From contig OZ251997.1 of the NCBI GenBank assembly GCA_965247095.1, positions 1,984,001 through 2,048,000 on the forward strand: 64,000 nt of DNA, in the 5' to 3' direction. Source of the stretch: Candidatus Multivorans sp. Lineage in GTDB: Bacteria > Acidobacteriota > Thermoanaerobaculia > Multivoradales > Multivoraceae. Position 1 is the stretch's first letter, and the number at the start of each line of letters is the position of its first letter. Both the position numbers and the translations under genes were made by a program. The notes under the pieces are model-generated. The model saw only the letters and a list, made by a program, of their open reading frames with translations, had not been told where the DNA came from and ran no database searches. Below, piece after piece: positions 39,307 to 49,165 of the stretch.

Positions 39307-40515
39307 CTACAGCGCCGCGGCGCCGTGGTAGGCCCTGGCCACCCAGGCCATGAGTTGAGCGCAGAGCAGACCCAACGGGGTGCCGACCAAGTTGCCGAGG
39401 ACGCCCATGAGCACCCCGACCGCGGCGAGTGCCGGCTGGAAGACGCCGGCGACTACCGGCGTTGAGATGACGCCGCCGACGTTGCCCATGCTGCCGGTCG
39501 CGAACAGGAAGAGCGGCGCGCGCAGCAGGCGCATGGCCACGAACAGGCAAATGACATGGATGCTGATCCAGACCACGCCGACCGCAAGCACCAGAGGCGC
39601 CTCGACGATCGCGGCCAGGTTGCCGCCGGCGCCCATCGTCGCGACCATCAGGTAGAGGCCGCCGTAGGCCACAGGTGTCGAGCCCCGGTGGTCGAGCCGC
39701 CGGAGCCGTGTGAACGAGAGACCCAAACCGACCGCCACAACCAGCAGAATGCCCCAGGTGAAGTGCGAGAGCACGGAGCCGACTCGCGGCAGCAGCTCCC
39801 CGCCGCGCATGCACAGCCAGCTTCCCACCAGGCCGACGCCGAGCATCGACGCGAACGCCGGCAGGGTGATCGGCCGCGCCTTCTCGGTCTGGACCTTCTG
39901 CAGCCGTTCGTTCAGCCGGTCGAGTTCTCCGCGCCGCGCCCGGTTGCGCCGGTCGATCCGGTTCTGGTGGCCGCTGAGCAGGATGATGATCGACATCCAG
40001 CCGTAGCCGACGACCGAGTCGACGATGATCATCGGAGCGAAGATCTCGTCGGGGGCGCCGACGCCCTCCTTGATCGCGATCATGTTCGACAGGCCGCCGA
40101 TCCAGGAACCGGAGAGAGCGGCCAGTCCCTTCCAGATCTGCGGGTCGAGGAACGGCTGGAAGATCGCCAGCGCGATCGGGCCGCCGATCACGATGCCGAC
40201 CGACCCGGCGAGCAGCATCGCCGCCGCCAGCGGCCCCAGGCGCTTGATCGCCGGCACGTCGGTACCCATCACCAGCAGCAGCAGGGCGCACGGCATCAGG
40301 TAGTCCGTACACCAGTCGTAAAACGGCGACTCGGCCGGCGTGATGCCAACCGTGGTCAACACCACGGGCAGCAGGTAGATCCAGACAATCGGCGGCAGGG
40401 TCTTGAACAGCCGCTCGAAGGCCGGCGTCTGCGCCAGCGCGAAGATCAGCGCCACGAAGCCGGCGAAGAAGACGAGCAGCGCCGTGGGATCCGTGATCAG
40501 CGCCTGCTCTGCCAT
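39307..40515 (-). CDS. DUF819-family membrane protein
   Basis: SGSWIGGLSNM and GSMGNVGGVISTPVVA; about 11 TM helices. Confidence 0.85.
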   Translation of the reverse strand: MAEQALITDPTALLVFFAGFVALIFALAQTPAFERLFKTLPPIVWIYLLPVVLTTVGITPAESPFYDWCTDYLMPCALLLLVMGTDVPAIKRLGPLAAAMLLAGSVGIVIGGPIALAIFQPFLDPQIWKGLAALSGSWIGGLSNMIAIKEGVGAPDEIFAPMIIVDSVVGYGWMSIIILLSGHQNRIDRRNRARRGELDRLNERLQKVQTEKARPITLPAFASMLGVGLVGSWLCMRGGELLPRVGSVLSHFTWGILLVVAVGLGLSFTRLRRLDHRGSTPVAYGGLYLMVATMGAGGNLAAIVEAPLVLAVGVVWISIHVICLFVAMRLLRAPLFLFATGSMGNVGGVISTPVVAGVFQPALAAVGVLMGVLGNLVGTPLGLLCAQLMAWVARAYHGAAAL

Positions 40516-40597
40516 CGCGGGCGATTGTAGTCGGCCTACCGGCTGCTATCTTCCGCGCCACTTCCCCAGGCGTCCAACGCCCTCCGAAAGGCTGACC

Positions 40598-41650
40598 ATG
40601 AGAACCCCACGCCCATCCCCTACAACCACCGCGTCAGCCGTAGTTGCGGCCTGCCTCCTTTTCACACCGGCGATCCAGGCCCAGTTCGGCGCCGCACCGC
40701 CCAACCGGTCGTCGCTGCTCGACGATGGCGCGCTTCATGTCGTGCTCTGCGGCAGCGGTTCGCCGCTGCCGAGCGTCGAGCGCGCGGGGCCGTGCACCGC
40801 TGTGATCGCCGATGGCCGGATGTTCCTGGTCGACGTCGGACCGGGATCGACCGAGAACCTGCGGCTCTGGGGCCTGCCGGCCGGCAACCTCGCCGGTGTG
40901 CTGCTCACCCACTTCCACTCCGACCACATCGGCGAACTCGGCGAGGTTACCTTCGGGAGCTGGGTCGCGGGCCGGGCCAAGCCGCTGGACGTCTATGGTC
41001 CGGTCGGCGTCGACAAGGTAGTCGCCGGCTTTCAGGCCGCCTACGAGCTCGACGCCTCCTACCGGATCGCCCACCACGGCGCCGACCTGCTGCCGGCTGC
41101 GGGCGCCAAGGCGACGCCCCATCCGGTAGAACTCGGGGGCGATGCCTCCTCGGCCGTCATCTACGACCAGGACGGCGTGCAAATCACCGCCTTCCTGGTC
41201 GACCACGAGCCGATCTCGCCGGCGCTGGGCTACCGGATCGATTTCGGCGGCCGCTCGGTCGTCGTCAGCGGCGACACCGTGCGCTCGGCGAACCTGGAAG
41301 CCGCGAGCCAGGGCGTCGACGTCCTGGTCCACGAGGTCCTTTCCGACAACTTCATCGGCATGGCGTCGCGGGCCCTTGCGAGCGGCGGCAACGAGCGGAC
41401 CGGGAAGATGCTGAAGGACACGCTCGACTACCACACCTTCCCTGCCGACGTGCACGCGCTGGCCGCCGACGCGAAGGTCAAGCTTCTGGTGCTGAGCCAC
41501 CTCGTGCCGCCGCTGCCCCCGGCGCAGGCCGAGACCGTGTTCATGAGCGGCCGGGCCGAGGACGCGCCGAACGACGCCGTGGTCGGCGTCGACGGCATGC
41601 ACATTGCCCTGCCGGCGAACAGCGACGAACGGACGATCGAGACGTTCTAG
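40598..41650 (+). CDS. exported MBL-fold hydrolase (RNase Z/AtsA-like)
   Basis: LCGSGSP, THFHSDHI, VSGDT and LVHE; signal peptide. Confidence 0.88.
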   Translation: MRTPRPSPTTTASAVVAACLLFTPAIQAQFGAAPPNRSSLLDDGALHVVLCGSGSPLPSVERAGPCTAVIADGRMFLVDVGPGSTENLRLWGLPAGNLAGVLLTHFHSDHIGELGEVTFGSWVAGRAKPLDVYGPVGVDKVVAGFQAAYELDASYRIAHHGADLLPAAGAKATPHPVELGGDASSAVIYDQDGVQITAFLVDHEPISPALGYRIDFGGRSVVVSGDTVRSANLEAASQGVDVLVHEVLSDNFIGMASRALASGGNERTGKMLKDTLDYHTFPADVHALAADAKVKLLVLSHLVPPLPPAQAETVFMSGRAEDAPNDAVVGVDGMHIALPANSDERTIETF

Positions 41651-41664
41651 TGGCGGCCCTCCGT

Positions 41665-41704
41665 GCCTGGGAGCGCGGGCGTCTCGCCCGCATCCGGCAC
41701 GAAG
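41665..41704. repeat. REP-like palindrome (GCGGGCGTCTCGCCCGCATCCGG family)
   Basis: Same hairpin core as the copies at 47080-47106 and 44746-44771. Confidence 0.65.
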
Positions 41705-41732
41705 CGCCGGTCTGCCACGCTAGCCTCGCACC

Positions 41733-42518
41733 GTGACGAACTACGAAGCCGAACTCGACTTCGCGGTCGAGACCGCCTGGATCGCCGGCCAGTTGACGCT
41801 CGAGTTCTTCCGCCTCGGCGTCGAGACGGAACTGAAGAGCGACCGCACGCCGGTCACCGAAGCCGACCGGGGCGCCGAGGAGCTGATCCGCTCCCGGATC
41901 GCCGAGACCTTCCCCAACGACTCGATCGTCGGCGAAGAGTTCGGGGCGGGCGGCGGCACGCAGAACTCACAAGGCGCCGCCGAGCGCAACTGGTACGTCG
42001 ACCCGATCGACGGCACCCGTTCCTTCGTCCGCGGCGTGCCCCTGTACGGCATCCTGATCGGCCTGGAGGTCAAGGGACGGGTGGAGGTCGGCGTCGCCCA
42101 CTTCCCGGGCATCGGCGAAACCGTGGCGGCCGCCTCCGGTCACGGCTGCACGCTGAACGGCGAGCCGGCCCGGGTCTGCGCAACGGACAAGCTGGCGGAG
42201 AGTTACGTCTCTTTTGGCGATCCCGGTCTCTTCGTCGACTCTCGCCATACGCAGGCCTGGCAGCGGATGATGAAGCAGACCGCCTACCGTGTCGGCTGGT
42301 CCGACGCCTACGGCCACGCCCTCGTCGCCACCGGCCGCCTCGAGCTGATGGTCGACCCGCAGATGAGTGCCTGGGACTGCGGACCCTTCCCCGTCATCCT
42401 GCGCGAAGCGGGCGGCTACTTCGGCGACTGGGACGGCAACGAAACGATCCACTGCGGCAGAGCGGTGAGCACCACGCGCCGACTACTGTCCGAGGTCCTG
42501 AAACTGCTCGGCGACTGA
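41733..42518 (+). CDS. hisN: histidinol-phosphatase / inositol monophosphatase family
   Basis: Motifs KSDRTPVTEAD, GEE, DPIDGTRSFVRGVP and WDCG. Confidence 0.8.
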   Translation: MTNYEAELDFAVETAWIAGQLTLEFFRLGVETELKSDRTPVTEADRGAEELIRSRIAETFPNDSIVGEEFGAGGGTQNSQGAAERNWYVDPIDGTRSFVRGVPLYGILIGLEVKGRVEVGVAHFPGIGETVAAASGHGCTLNGEPARVCATDKLAESYVSFGDPGLFVDSRHTQAWQRMMKQTAYRVGWSDAYGHALVATGRLELMVDPQMSAWDCGPFPVILREAGGYFGDWDGNETIHCGRAVSTTRRLLSEVLKLLGD

Positions 42519-42535
42519 ACCGCGGGCGAGCCCGA

Positions 42536-42802
42536 TCAGCCGTTCGAACGGCCGCCGTCCGGCGGCTCCTCGCCCTCCTCGACCGGACCGGCCACGCAGC
42601 TCAGCAGCTCCCGTACCTCGTCCAGCCGGTAGTCCGGCACGCAGAGCGACACCGGCACCGGCGATTTCCCCATCATCCCCATGCCGAACATGCCGACTCC
42701 TGCGCTCTGCACCAGGAACGGGATGTCGTACTGATCCAGGGCATGGCCGATCGTCTCGGCCTCGAGCCTGGAATCGAACCTGGCGAGCTCGACGAACTTC
42801 AT
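42536..42802 (-). CDS. DUF2007-like small protein
   Basis: FDSRLEAETIGHALDQYDIP...VSLCVP. Confidence 0.7.
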   Translation of the reverse strand: MKFVELARFDSRLEAETIGHALDQYDIPFLVQSAGVGMFGMGMMGKSPVPVSLCVPDYRLDEVRELLSCVAGPVEEGEEPPDGGRSNG

Positions 42803-42915
42803 GAGTAGCTCCCGTTGACCTGCCGCCACACTAACCCACGGGAACAAGGACTACTTGAAGGCGCATCGGACGTGCCTCTTGAGAAAGACGTCCCGACGTC
42901 CTATGATCCGAGGCT

Positions 42916-44064
42916 ATGGCAAGCCCTCGGCGGCCACCAGGTCAGGTTCGCGACGCCATCGTCGCCGCTCTGCGCGCCTATCCGGACGGTGCGTCTCCCG
43001 GCTCGATCGAACAGGTCGTGCGGCAGCGGATCGGTCCGGTAGCTGGATCGAGCATCCGCTCTTACCTGCGACTCAACACGCCCGGCCTCTTCGAGAGGCC
43101 GAGCAGGGGCCGCTATCGGCTTCGCCACGATCCGATCCGCTGGATCCCTCCTAGCAGTGAGATCAGAGACGCTCTGCCGGACTTCGATCACGGAAGGGCG
43201 GCGATCATCCACGGCGACTGTCTCGACTGGCTGAAGCTCTGTGAGCCGAACAGCGTTCACGCTGTGGTTACTGATCCGCCCTACGGACTTGTGGAGTACT
43301 CGTCCGTCGAGCAGCAGAAGCTGCGGGCCGGGCGCGGTGGCGTGTGGCGCATTCCTCCGTCCTTCGACGGCGCGCGGCGGTCTCCCCTGCCCCGATTCAC
43401 GACGCTGTCGGAGCAGGACAAGCGCGATCTGGAGGCCTTCTTCGAGACTTGGGCACGCCTGCTTCTCCCCGCGCTGGTCCCCGGCGCGAACGTCGTAGTG
43501 GCGACCAACCCCTTGCTTTCCTACATCGTGTCTGTCGCACTCGCCCGGGGCGGTCTGGAACGCCGAGGCGAGGTAGTTCGTCTGGTCACGACCATGCGTG
43601 GTGGAGACAGACCAAAGGGCGCGCACGTCGAGTTCGAGGAGGTGAGCGTCATGCCCAGGTCCATGTGGGAACCGTGGCTATTGTTCCGCAAGCCGCCAGA
43701 AGGGAGGATCCAAGACAACCTTCGGAAGTGGGGCACCGGCGGATTCCGCCGGCCCGAAAGCGGGCGACCATTCGGCGACGTGATTCGTTCGGCGCCCACT
43801 CGGGCCGCCGAGAGGAAGCTCGCGCCACACCCGAGTCTGAAACCGCAACGCTTTCTCAGGACTCTCGTGCGGGCCGTCCTACCCTTGGGCAAGGGCGTCG
43901 TCCTCGACCCATTCTGCGGCGCCGCTTCGACGCTTGCCGCCGCCAACGCCGTCGGCTACAACAGCATCGGCATCGAGAAAGACCCGTACTACTACCGCAT
44001 GGCCTGCGAGGCGCTTCCTCGGCTCGCCGCGCTACAGAATCAACAGCCGCTCTTCTCGAGCTAG
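42916..44064 (+). CDS. beta-class N4/N6 DNA methyltransferase with N-terminal winged-helix extension
   Basis: Motif IV TDPPY precedes HPSLKP and motif I VLDPFCGAAST; ~70-aa N-terminal HTH-like domain. Confidence 0.9.
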   Translation: MASPRRPPGQVRDAIVAALRAYPDGASPGSIEQVVRQRIGPVAGSSIRSYLRLNTPGLFERPSRGRYRLRHDPIRWIPPSSEIRDALPDFDHGRAAIIHGDCLDWLKLCEPNSVHAVVTDPPYGLVEYSSVEQQKLRAGRGGVWRIPPSFDGARRSPLPRFTTLSEQDKRDLEAFFETWARLLLPALVPGANVVVATNPLLSYIVSVALARGGLERRGEVVRLVTTMRGGDRPKGAHVEFEEVSVMPRSMWEPWLLFRKPPEGRIQDNLRKWGTGGFRRPESGRPFGDVIRSAPTRAAERKLAPHPSLKPQRFLRTLVRAVLPLGKGVVLDPFCGAASTLAAANAVGYNSIGIEKDPYYYRMACEALPRLAALQNQQPLFSS

Positions 44065-44245
44065 AAGGCCGAGTCACCGGGCAGATACAGCCAGTTGCGA
44101 CGGAACTTCTGTATTCCGTCTCGGTCGAGAGTCGCCGTCCGGGCGCCAAAGCTCGCCGCGCTCGTTTCGCCGGAGAGTGCCAGTTCCCAGTTGAAGCCAG
44201 CAGACTCAACTTGACTCCGACCGATCGGCTCCCTGCCTTGGCGAC
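44061..44245 (-). pseudogene. possible 3' stub of the cognate restriction endonuclease gene
   Basis: Convergent frame ...FGARTATLDRDGIQKFRRNWLYLPGDSAF* whose stop overlaps the MTase stop (CTAG). No start codon of its own. Confidence 0.4.
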
Positions 44246-44713
44246 CTACGAGCACGATTCTTCCGCCGGCACCTTCAGCATCAGCCCCAGCCGGGTGCAG
44301 CGGGCGACGAGTTCGGCCCGCTGGTTGTAGGCGCGGTGCTCGAAGGTCACGATGCCGGCGTTGGGCCGTGAACGGCTCTCCCGCTTGTCCTTGACCTCGG
44401 TCTCGATCCGCAGCGTGTCGCCGTGGAACACCGGCCGCGGGAAGACGACGTCGTTCCAGCCCAGGTTGGCGATCGTGGTGCCGAGCGTCGTGTCGCCGAC
44501 CGAGATGCCGACCATGAGGCTCAGGGTTAAGCAACTGTTGACGATCCGCTGCCCGAACTCGCTGTGCTTCATCGCCTCGGCGTCGAGGTGGAGCGCCGCC
44601 GGGTTGTGGGTCATCGCGGTGAAGAAGACGTTGTCCGCCTCGGTCACCGTCCGCCGCAGCGCGTGGTCGAAGAGCCGACCGACTTCGAACTGTTCGTAGT
44701 AGAGGCCTGCCAT
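44246..44713 (-). CDS. MaoC-family dehydratase
   Basis: Motifs [25 protein letters not shown] and PVFHGDT. Confidence 0.9.
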   Translation of the reverse strand: MAGLYYEQFEVGRLFDHALRRTVTEADNVFFTAMTHNPAALHLDAEAMKHSEFGQRIVNSCLTLSLMVGISVGDTTLGTTIANLGWNDVVFPRPVFHGDTLRIETEVKDKRESRSRPNAGIVTFEHRAYNQRAELVARCTRLGLMLKVPAEESCS

Positions 44714-44745
44714 GAAGGCAACCCTATAGCCATTGCCGCCTTCTG

Positions 44746-44850
44746 CGGATGCGGGCAGGATGCCCGCGTTCCATCCGGGCACCCGATGACGGGCGCCCGG
44801 AGTGGTTCACGGGTGGCGCGGATCGCGCCACCCGGGTTCCCAGGGCCGGA
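44746..44850. repeat. ~104-bp double-hairpin REP/BIME-like element, inverted copy of 47002-47105
   Basis: Contains GCGGGCAGGATGCCCGC and GGGTGGCGCGGATCGCGCCACCC hairpins; near-identical to the reverse complement of 47002-47105. Confidence 0.85.
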
Positions 44851-44869
44851 TACCGGCGCGTGCCTCTTG

Positions 44870-46195
44870 CTAGCCCACCCGTTCGATGTCGGCCCCGAGG
44901 GAACGCAGCCGCTCGTCGATCCGCTCGTAACCGCGATCGATCTGCTGCACGTTGTCGATCACGCTACGTCCCTCGGCGCACAGGGCGGCGATCAGCATCG
45001 CCATGCCGGCGCGGATATCGGGGCTCACCATGTCCCGTCCGTAGAGCTTCGACGGCCCGCTGACGACCACGCGGTGCGGGTCGCAGAGCACGATCTGGGC
45101 GCCCATAGCCACCAGGCGGTCGACGAAGAACATGCGGGACTCAAACAGCTTCTCGTGGATCAGCACCGAGCCGCGGCTCTGGGTCGCGCCGACCACCGCG
45201 ATCGAGGTCAGGTCGGCGGGAAAACCGGGCCACGGCGCGTCCTCGATCTTCGGAATCGCGCCCTGCAGATCCGTGCGTACGCACAGTTCCTGGCCGCCGG
45301 GGACGAACAGGTCGCTGCCGTCGTCGGACACCTCGAAGTCGATGCCCAGCCGGCCGAAGGCGAGCCGCGTCGCGCGGTGCTCCAGCGGCCGCGCGTTGGG
45401 GATGAGCAGTTCGCCGCCGGTCACCGCCGCCAGCGTGATGAGCGACCCAACCTCGATGTAGTCGGGCCCGATCTCGAAGTCGGCGCCGCCGAGCCTCTCG
45501 GTGCCCTCGATGGTCAGCGCGTTCGTCCCGATACCGTCGATCCCCACACCCATCGACCGCAGCAGCCTGCACAGGTCCTGCACGTGCGGCTCACTCGCCG
45601 CGTTCAGGATCCGGGTCTCGCCCTCCGCGAGAGACGCCGCCATCACCGCGTTCTCGGTCGCCGTGACCGAAGCCTCGTCGAGGAAGATCTCGGCGCCGCG
45701 CAGCCGGCCGTCGGCGGCCTTGACGCGGCACTCGAGACCGCCGCGAGGGCAGAGCGTGATCCCGGCGCCGAGAGCCTCGAGTGCAAGCACGTGGGTGTCG
45801 AGTCGTCTACGACCGATCACGTCGCCACCCGGGGGCGGCATGCTCACCTGCCCGCGCCGGGCCAGCAGGGGACCCGCGAGCAGGATGGAGGCCCGGATGG
45901 CGCGGCACAGGTCCGGGTCCGGATCCTCGTCACCGAGACCGGCGGCGCAGACCCGAACCGTGTCCGCGCCCACGAACTCGGCCTCGGCCCCGAGTTGACG
46001 AACCAATCCGATCTGCGCTTCCACGTCGCGGATTCGCGGCACGTTGCGCAACGTCACCTCGTCGTCGGTGAGGAGCGCGGCAGCCAGGATCGGCAGCGCC
46101 GCGTTCTTGTTGCCGCGCGCTTCCAGCGTCCCCGAGATCGGCCGGCCGCCCTCGATCACGAACTGGGAGCGCGGCATGTTTCCGGCGGTGTCCAT
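44870..46195 (-). CDS. murA: UDP-N-acetylglucosamine 1-carboxyvinyltransferase
   Basis: Motifs [43 protein letters not shown] and RGYE. Confidence 0.96.
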   Translation of the reverse strand: MDTAGNMPRSQFVIEGGRPISGTLEARGNKNAALPILAAALLTDDEVTLRNVPRIRDVEAQIGLVRQLGAEAEFVGADTVRVCAAGLGDEDPDPDLCRAIRASILLAGPLLARRGQVSMPPPGGDVIGRRRLDTHVLALEALGAGITLCPRGGLECRVKAADGRLRGAEIFLDEASVTATENAVMAASLAEGETRILNAASEPHVQDLCRLLRSMGVGIDGIGTNALTIEGTERLGGADFEIGPDYIEVGSLITLAAVTGGELLIPNARPLEHRATRLAFGRLGIDFEVSDDGSDLFVPGGQELCVRTDLQGAIPKIEDAPWPGFPADLTSIAVVGATQSRGSVLIHEKLFESRMFFVDRLVAMGAQIVLCDPHRVVVSGPSKLYGRDMVSPDIRAGMAMLIAALCAEGRSVIDNVQQIDRGYERIDERLRSLGADIERVG

Positions 46196-46354
46196 CGCGG
46201 CGTTAGTTGACCACAGGAACACCGTGGCGAGCGCGATCTCTTCCGACCCGGCCGACCTGAAACTTCCCCGCCGCCCCAACGTCCTACCAGAAGTACGGCG
46301 CAACACGGTCGAACACTGCCCCACGACCTCCACCTCCAAGCAAGGAGAACCGAC

Positions 46355-46993
46355 ATGAAGAACCGTCACCACCCGTGGTCGACCCTGGCGTTCGCCCTCC
46401 TCGTCGCCCTCGCACCCGGCGCCGCCCTGGCCCAGAACGATGCCGGCCAGGACCCGGACGAGCGCTGGGAGGAACTCGGCCAACGCTGGCAGGAGTGGGG
46501 CGAGCAGTTCGGCCGCAGTTTCGAGGACGCCGACTGGGAGTCCCAGCACAAGAACTGGGAGGAGTACGGCGAGCGCTGGGAGAAGTGGGGCGAACAGTTC
46601 GCCGCGTCCTTCGAGAGCGCTTTCGACGAGGAAGAGTGGGAGGCCTGGGCCCAGCAGTTCGAGGACATGGAACACGAGGACGGCGAAGTCGACTGGGAGC
46701 GGTTCGGCGAGTTTTGGGAGCAGTTCGGCGACCGGTTCGGCGACTCCCTCGGCGAAGCGCTCGAAGGCGCGGACTGGGAGACCTTCGGTGAAGCCCTGGG
46801 CGCCATCGGAGAGCAGATGGGCGAACTGGCCGAGCTGATTGCGGCCAGCGTCGAGAACGCGGATTGGGACGGTTTCACCGATCTCATCAGCGAGACGGTG
46901 GAACAGGCCGTCGAGGGCGCCGAGGAAGCAGTGGAGGCAGCCGAAGAAGCGGCCGAGCGCGCAGCAGAGGCCGCCGAGGAGATCGACGCCTAG
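46355..46993 (+). CDS. secreted, very acidic Trp-rich helical-repeat protein of unknown function
   Basis: Strong RBS AAGGAG, Sec signal ending ALA-Q, repeats of the form WEExGxRWxxWGEQF, and an EAA-rich tail. Confidence 0.85.
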   Translation: MKNRHHPWSTLAFALLVALAPGAALAQNDAGQDPDERWEELGQRWQEWGEQFGRSFEDADWESQHKNWEEYGERWEKWGEQFAASFESAFDEEEWEAWAQQFEDMEHEDGEVDWERFGEFWEQFGDRFGDSLGEALEGADWETFGEALGAIGEQMGELAELIAASVENADWDGFTDLISETVEQAVEGAEEAVEAAEEAAERAAEAAEEIDA

Positions 46994-47001
46994 CCTCGGC
47001 G

Positions 47002-47105
47002 TCCGTCCTGGGAACCCGGGTGGCGCGATCCGCGCCACCCGTGAACCGCTCCGTGCGCCCGTCATCGGGCGTACGGATGGAACGCGGGCGTCTCGCCCGC
47101 ATCCG
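47002..47105. repeat. ~104-bp double-hairpin REP/BIME-like element
   Basis: GGGTGGCGCGATCCGCGCCACCC and GCGGGCGTCTCGCCCGC hairpins; inverted copy at 44746-44850. Confidence 0.85.
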
Positions 47106-47227
47106 GCGCGAAGCTCCGGGCCTTCGCCGGCGCCCAGAGCTTCTCCGTGAGGCCGACATCACGGGAAGGCCTGATGCCAGTGCCTTAGGCTACGCACTCC
47201 GTTTCACCACCCACGGAGTATCCAAAC

Positions 47228-48178
47228 ATGCCGGTCGATCCCCAGGTACAGGCCTTCCTCGAAGCCCAGGCGCAGGCCGCGATCGAGAACCAGGTTCCGC
47301 CCATCACGGAGCAGACGGTGGAGATGGCCCGAGCCGGCTATCTCGCCGTCGCCGAAATGCTGGGCCTGGGCCCGGACGTCGACACCGAAGACTCCGCAGC
47401 GCCCGGTCCGGCCGGCGACATCCCGGTCCGCATCTACCGCCCCAAGAGCGCCGGCCCCGGCCTACCGGTGCTGGTCTACTACCACGGCGGTGGCTGGGTG
47501 ATCGGCGATCTCGACACCCATGACTACGCGGCGCGGGAGCTTTGCGCGGGCGCTGGCTGCCTCGTCGTCGCGGTCGACTACCGTCTGGCCCCCGGGGCCC
47601 AGTTCCCCGCCGCGGTCGACGACTCCTGGGCCGCCCTCCAGTGGGTGGCCGCCAACGCGGAGAGTCTCGGCGGCGACCCGGGCCGGATCGCGGTCGGCGG
47701 GGACAGCGCCGGCGGCAACCTCTCCGCCGTGATGAGCCTGCTCGCTCGCGACGCAGGTGGCCCGAAGCTCGCCTTTCAACTCCTGATCTACCCGGCGGTG
47801 GACATGGACTTCAGCCGCCCATCGATCGACGAGAATGCGGACGGCTACGTTCTGACCAAGGACCACATGATCTGGTTCCGCGGCCACTACCTGCGCTCCG
47901 ACGCCGACCGCGCCGACTTCCGCGCCTCGCCGCTCTTAGCCTCTGACCACAGCGGCCTGCCGCCGGCCCTGGTCATCACCGCCGAGTTCGACCCGCTGCG
48001 CGACGAAGGGCGGGACTACGCCGACACGCTCCATGCCGCCGGCGTCGCGGCCACCCTCTCCAACTACGAAGGCCAGGTCCACGTCTTCTTCCAGCTCTCC
48101 CCCATCCTCGACGGTGGACGCAGGGCGGTGGACGAAGCCTGCGCGGCGCTGCGCAGGGCGTTCGGCGAAGCCGACTGA
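47228..48178 (+). CDS. HSL-family alpha/beta hydrolase (esterase)
   Basis: Motifs HGGGW, GDSAGG, DPLRDEG and HVF. Confidence 0.93.
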   Translation: MPVDPQVQAFLEAQAQAAIENQVPPITEQTVEMARAGYLAVAEMLGLGPDVDTEDSAAPGPAGDIPVRIYRPKSAGPGLPVLVYYHGGGWVIGDLDTHDYAARELCAGAGCLVVAVDYRLAPGAQFPAAVDDSWAALQWVAANAESLGGDPGRIAVGGDSAGGNLSAVMSLLARDAGGPKLAFQLLIYPAVDMDFSRPSIDENADGYVLTKDHMIWFRGHYLRSDADRADFRASPLLASDHSGLPPALVITAEFDPLRDEGRDYADTLHAAGVAATLSNYEGQVHVFFQLSPILDGGRRAVDEACAALRRAFGEAD

Positions 48179-48192
48179 GACACTTCGGGGCG

Positions 48193-48891
48193 TCAGCCGA
48201 AAACGCGGGGTTCGAAGTCCGGCTCGTTGACGATGCTGGCGCTGCTCCCCGTTGCCCGGATGACGAACAGACCTCGGCGGTCCGCGTACTTCGTCACCGA
48301 AGCGTCGCTCTTGAGGTAGGCCACCGCGCCGTAGATCCGCCGTTCCCGGTACTCCGGCGACCACTCCACGAACTGCGAGAGCTTGTCCAGGAACTCGGTG
48401 ACGTCTTCCGATCTAAGCGTCGTCTTGACCTCGACAACGACGACTTCCGCGCCGTTCGCGGCGACGATGTCGATCTCGAAGTGCTCCCCGTTGCGGCGCC
48501 CCGTCATTCGCTGGAGTGTCCGTTCCACCTCGATGCCGCGTTGCTTCAGCAGGGGAACGAGGTCTCCCTCGACCAGGCTCTCCATCAACTTGCCCCACTG
48601 CGAGGTGAACAGGTCTTCCGCCTTCTTGAGCCGCCGGTCGGTCTCCTTCATCTGCCGGGCGGTTTCCTTCTGGTACTCCCTGATCTCGGCCATTTCGGCT
48701 CGGCCCTTTGCGAAGTCGGCCTGCCTCTCGGCCCGGCTCTTTTCGAAGTCGGCCTGCCTCTCGGCCCGGCTCTTCGCGATGTCGGCCCGGCTCTTCGCCA
48801 TCAGATCGGACGTGCGCCGCAGGATCGCCCAGATCTCCTCCGGCGTAGCCGGAGCCTCGGCACCCGCACCTGGTGTGTTCGTACTCGTCAT
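48193..48891 (-). CDS. coiled-coil plus PD-(D/E)XK nuclease-like protein (DUF3782-like)
   Basis: TPEEIWAIL, coiled-coil repeats, WGKLMESLV and EIDIVAANGAEVVVVEVKTTL. Confidence 0.82.
   Translation of the reverse strand: MTSTNTPGAGAEAPATPEEIWAILRRTSDLMAKSRADIAKSRAERQADFEKSRAERQADFAKGRAEMAEIREYQKETARQMKETDRRLKKAEDLFTSQWGKLMESLVEGDLVPLLKQRGIEVERTLQRMTGRRNGEHFEIDIVAANGAEVVVVEVKTTLRSEDVTEFLDKLSQFVEWSPEYRERRIYGAVAYLKSDASVTKYADRRGLFVIRATGSSASIVNEPDFEPRVFG
48712..48790. repeat. 33-bp intragenic tandem repeat (11-aa KSRAERQADFx)
   Basis: CGAAGTCGGCCTGCCTCTCGGCCCGGCTCTT repeated twice plus a partial copy. Confidence 0.8.
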
Positions 48892-49165
48892 CGATTCCTC
48901 CACGCGAGGCAGCCTTCGGGGGAGGGCAAGCTCTGGTTGGCAAGGATCGGGCCCGCGGCGCAAGCCGCTTCCGCAGCCGACCCAACGGCCGTCATCGTAG
49001 CGCAACCCCACCGAGGAATTGGACGGCAAGAGCCTGCTTGCCGCCGAGGGTGGTCAAGGGACGCTGCCGCGACGGCAACCGGGTCGCCGGCCGCTTCACC
49101 GACGACAAGGTCGAGGGCAAATGGAAGATCCGCGACCAACTGGGACACGTCCTGGAAGAAGCGAG

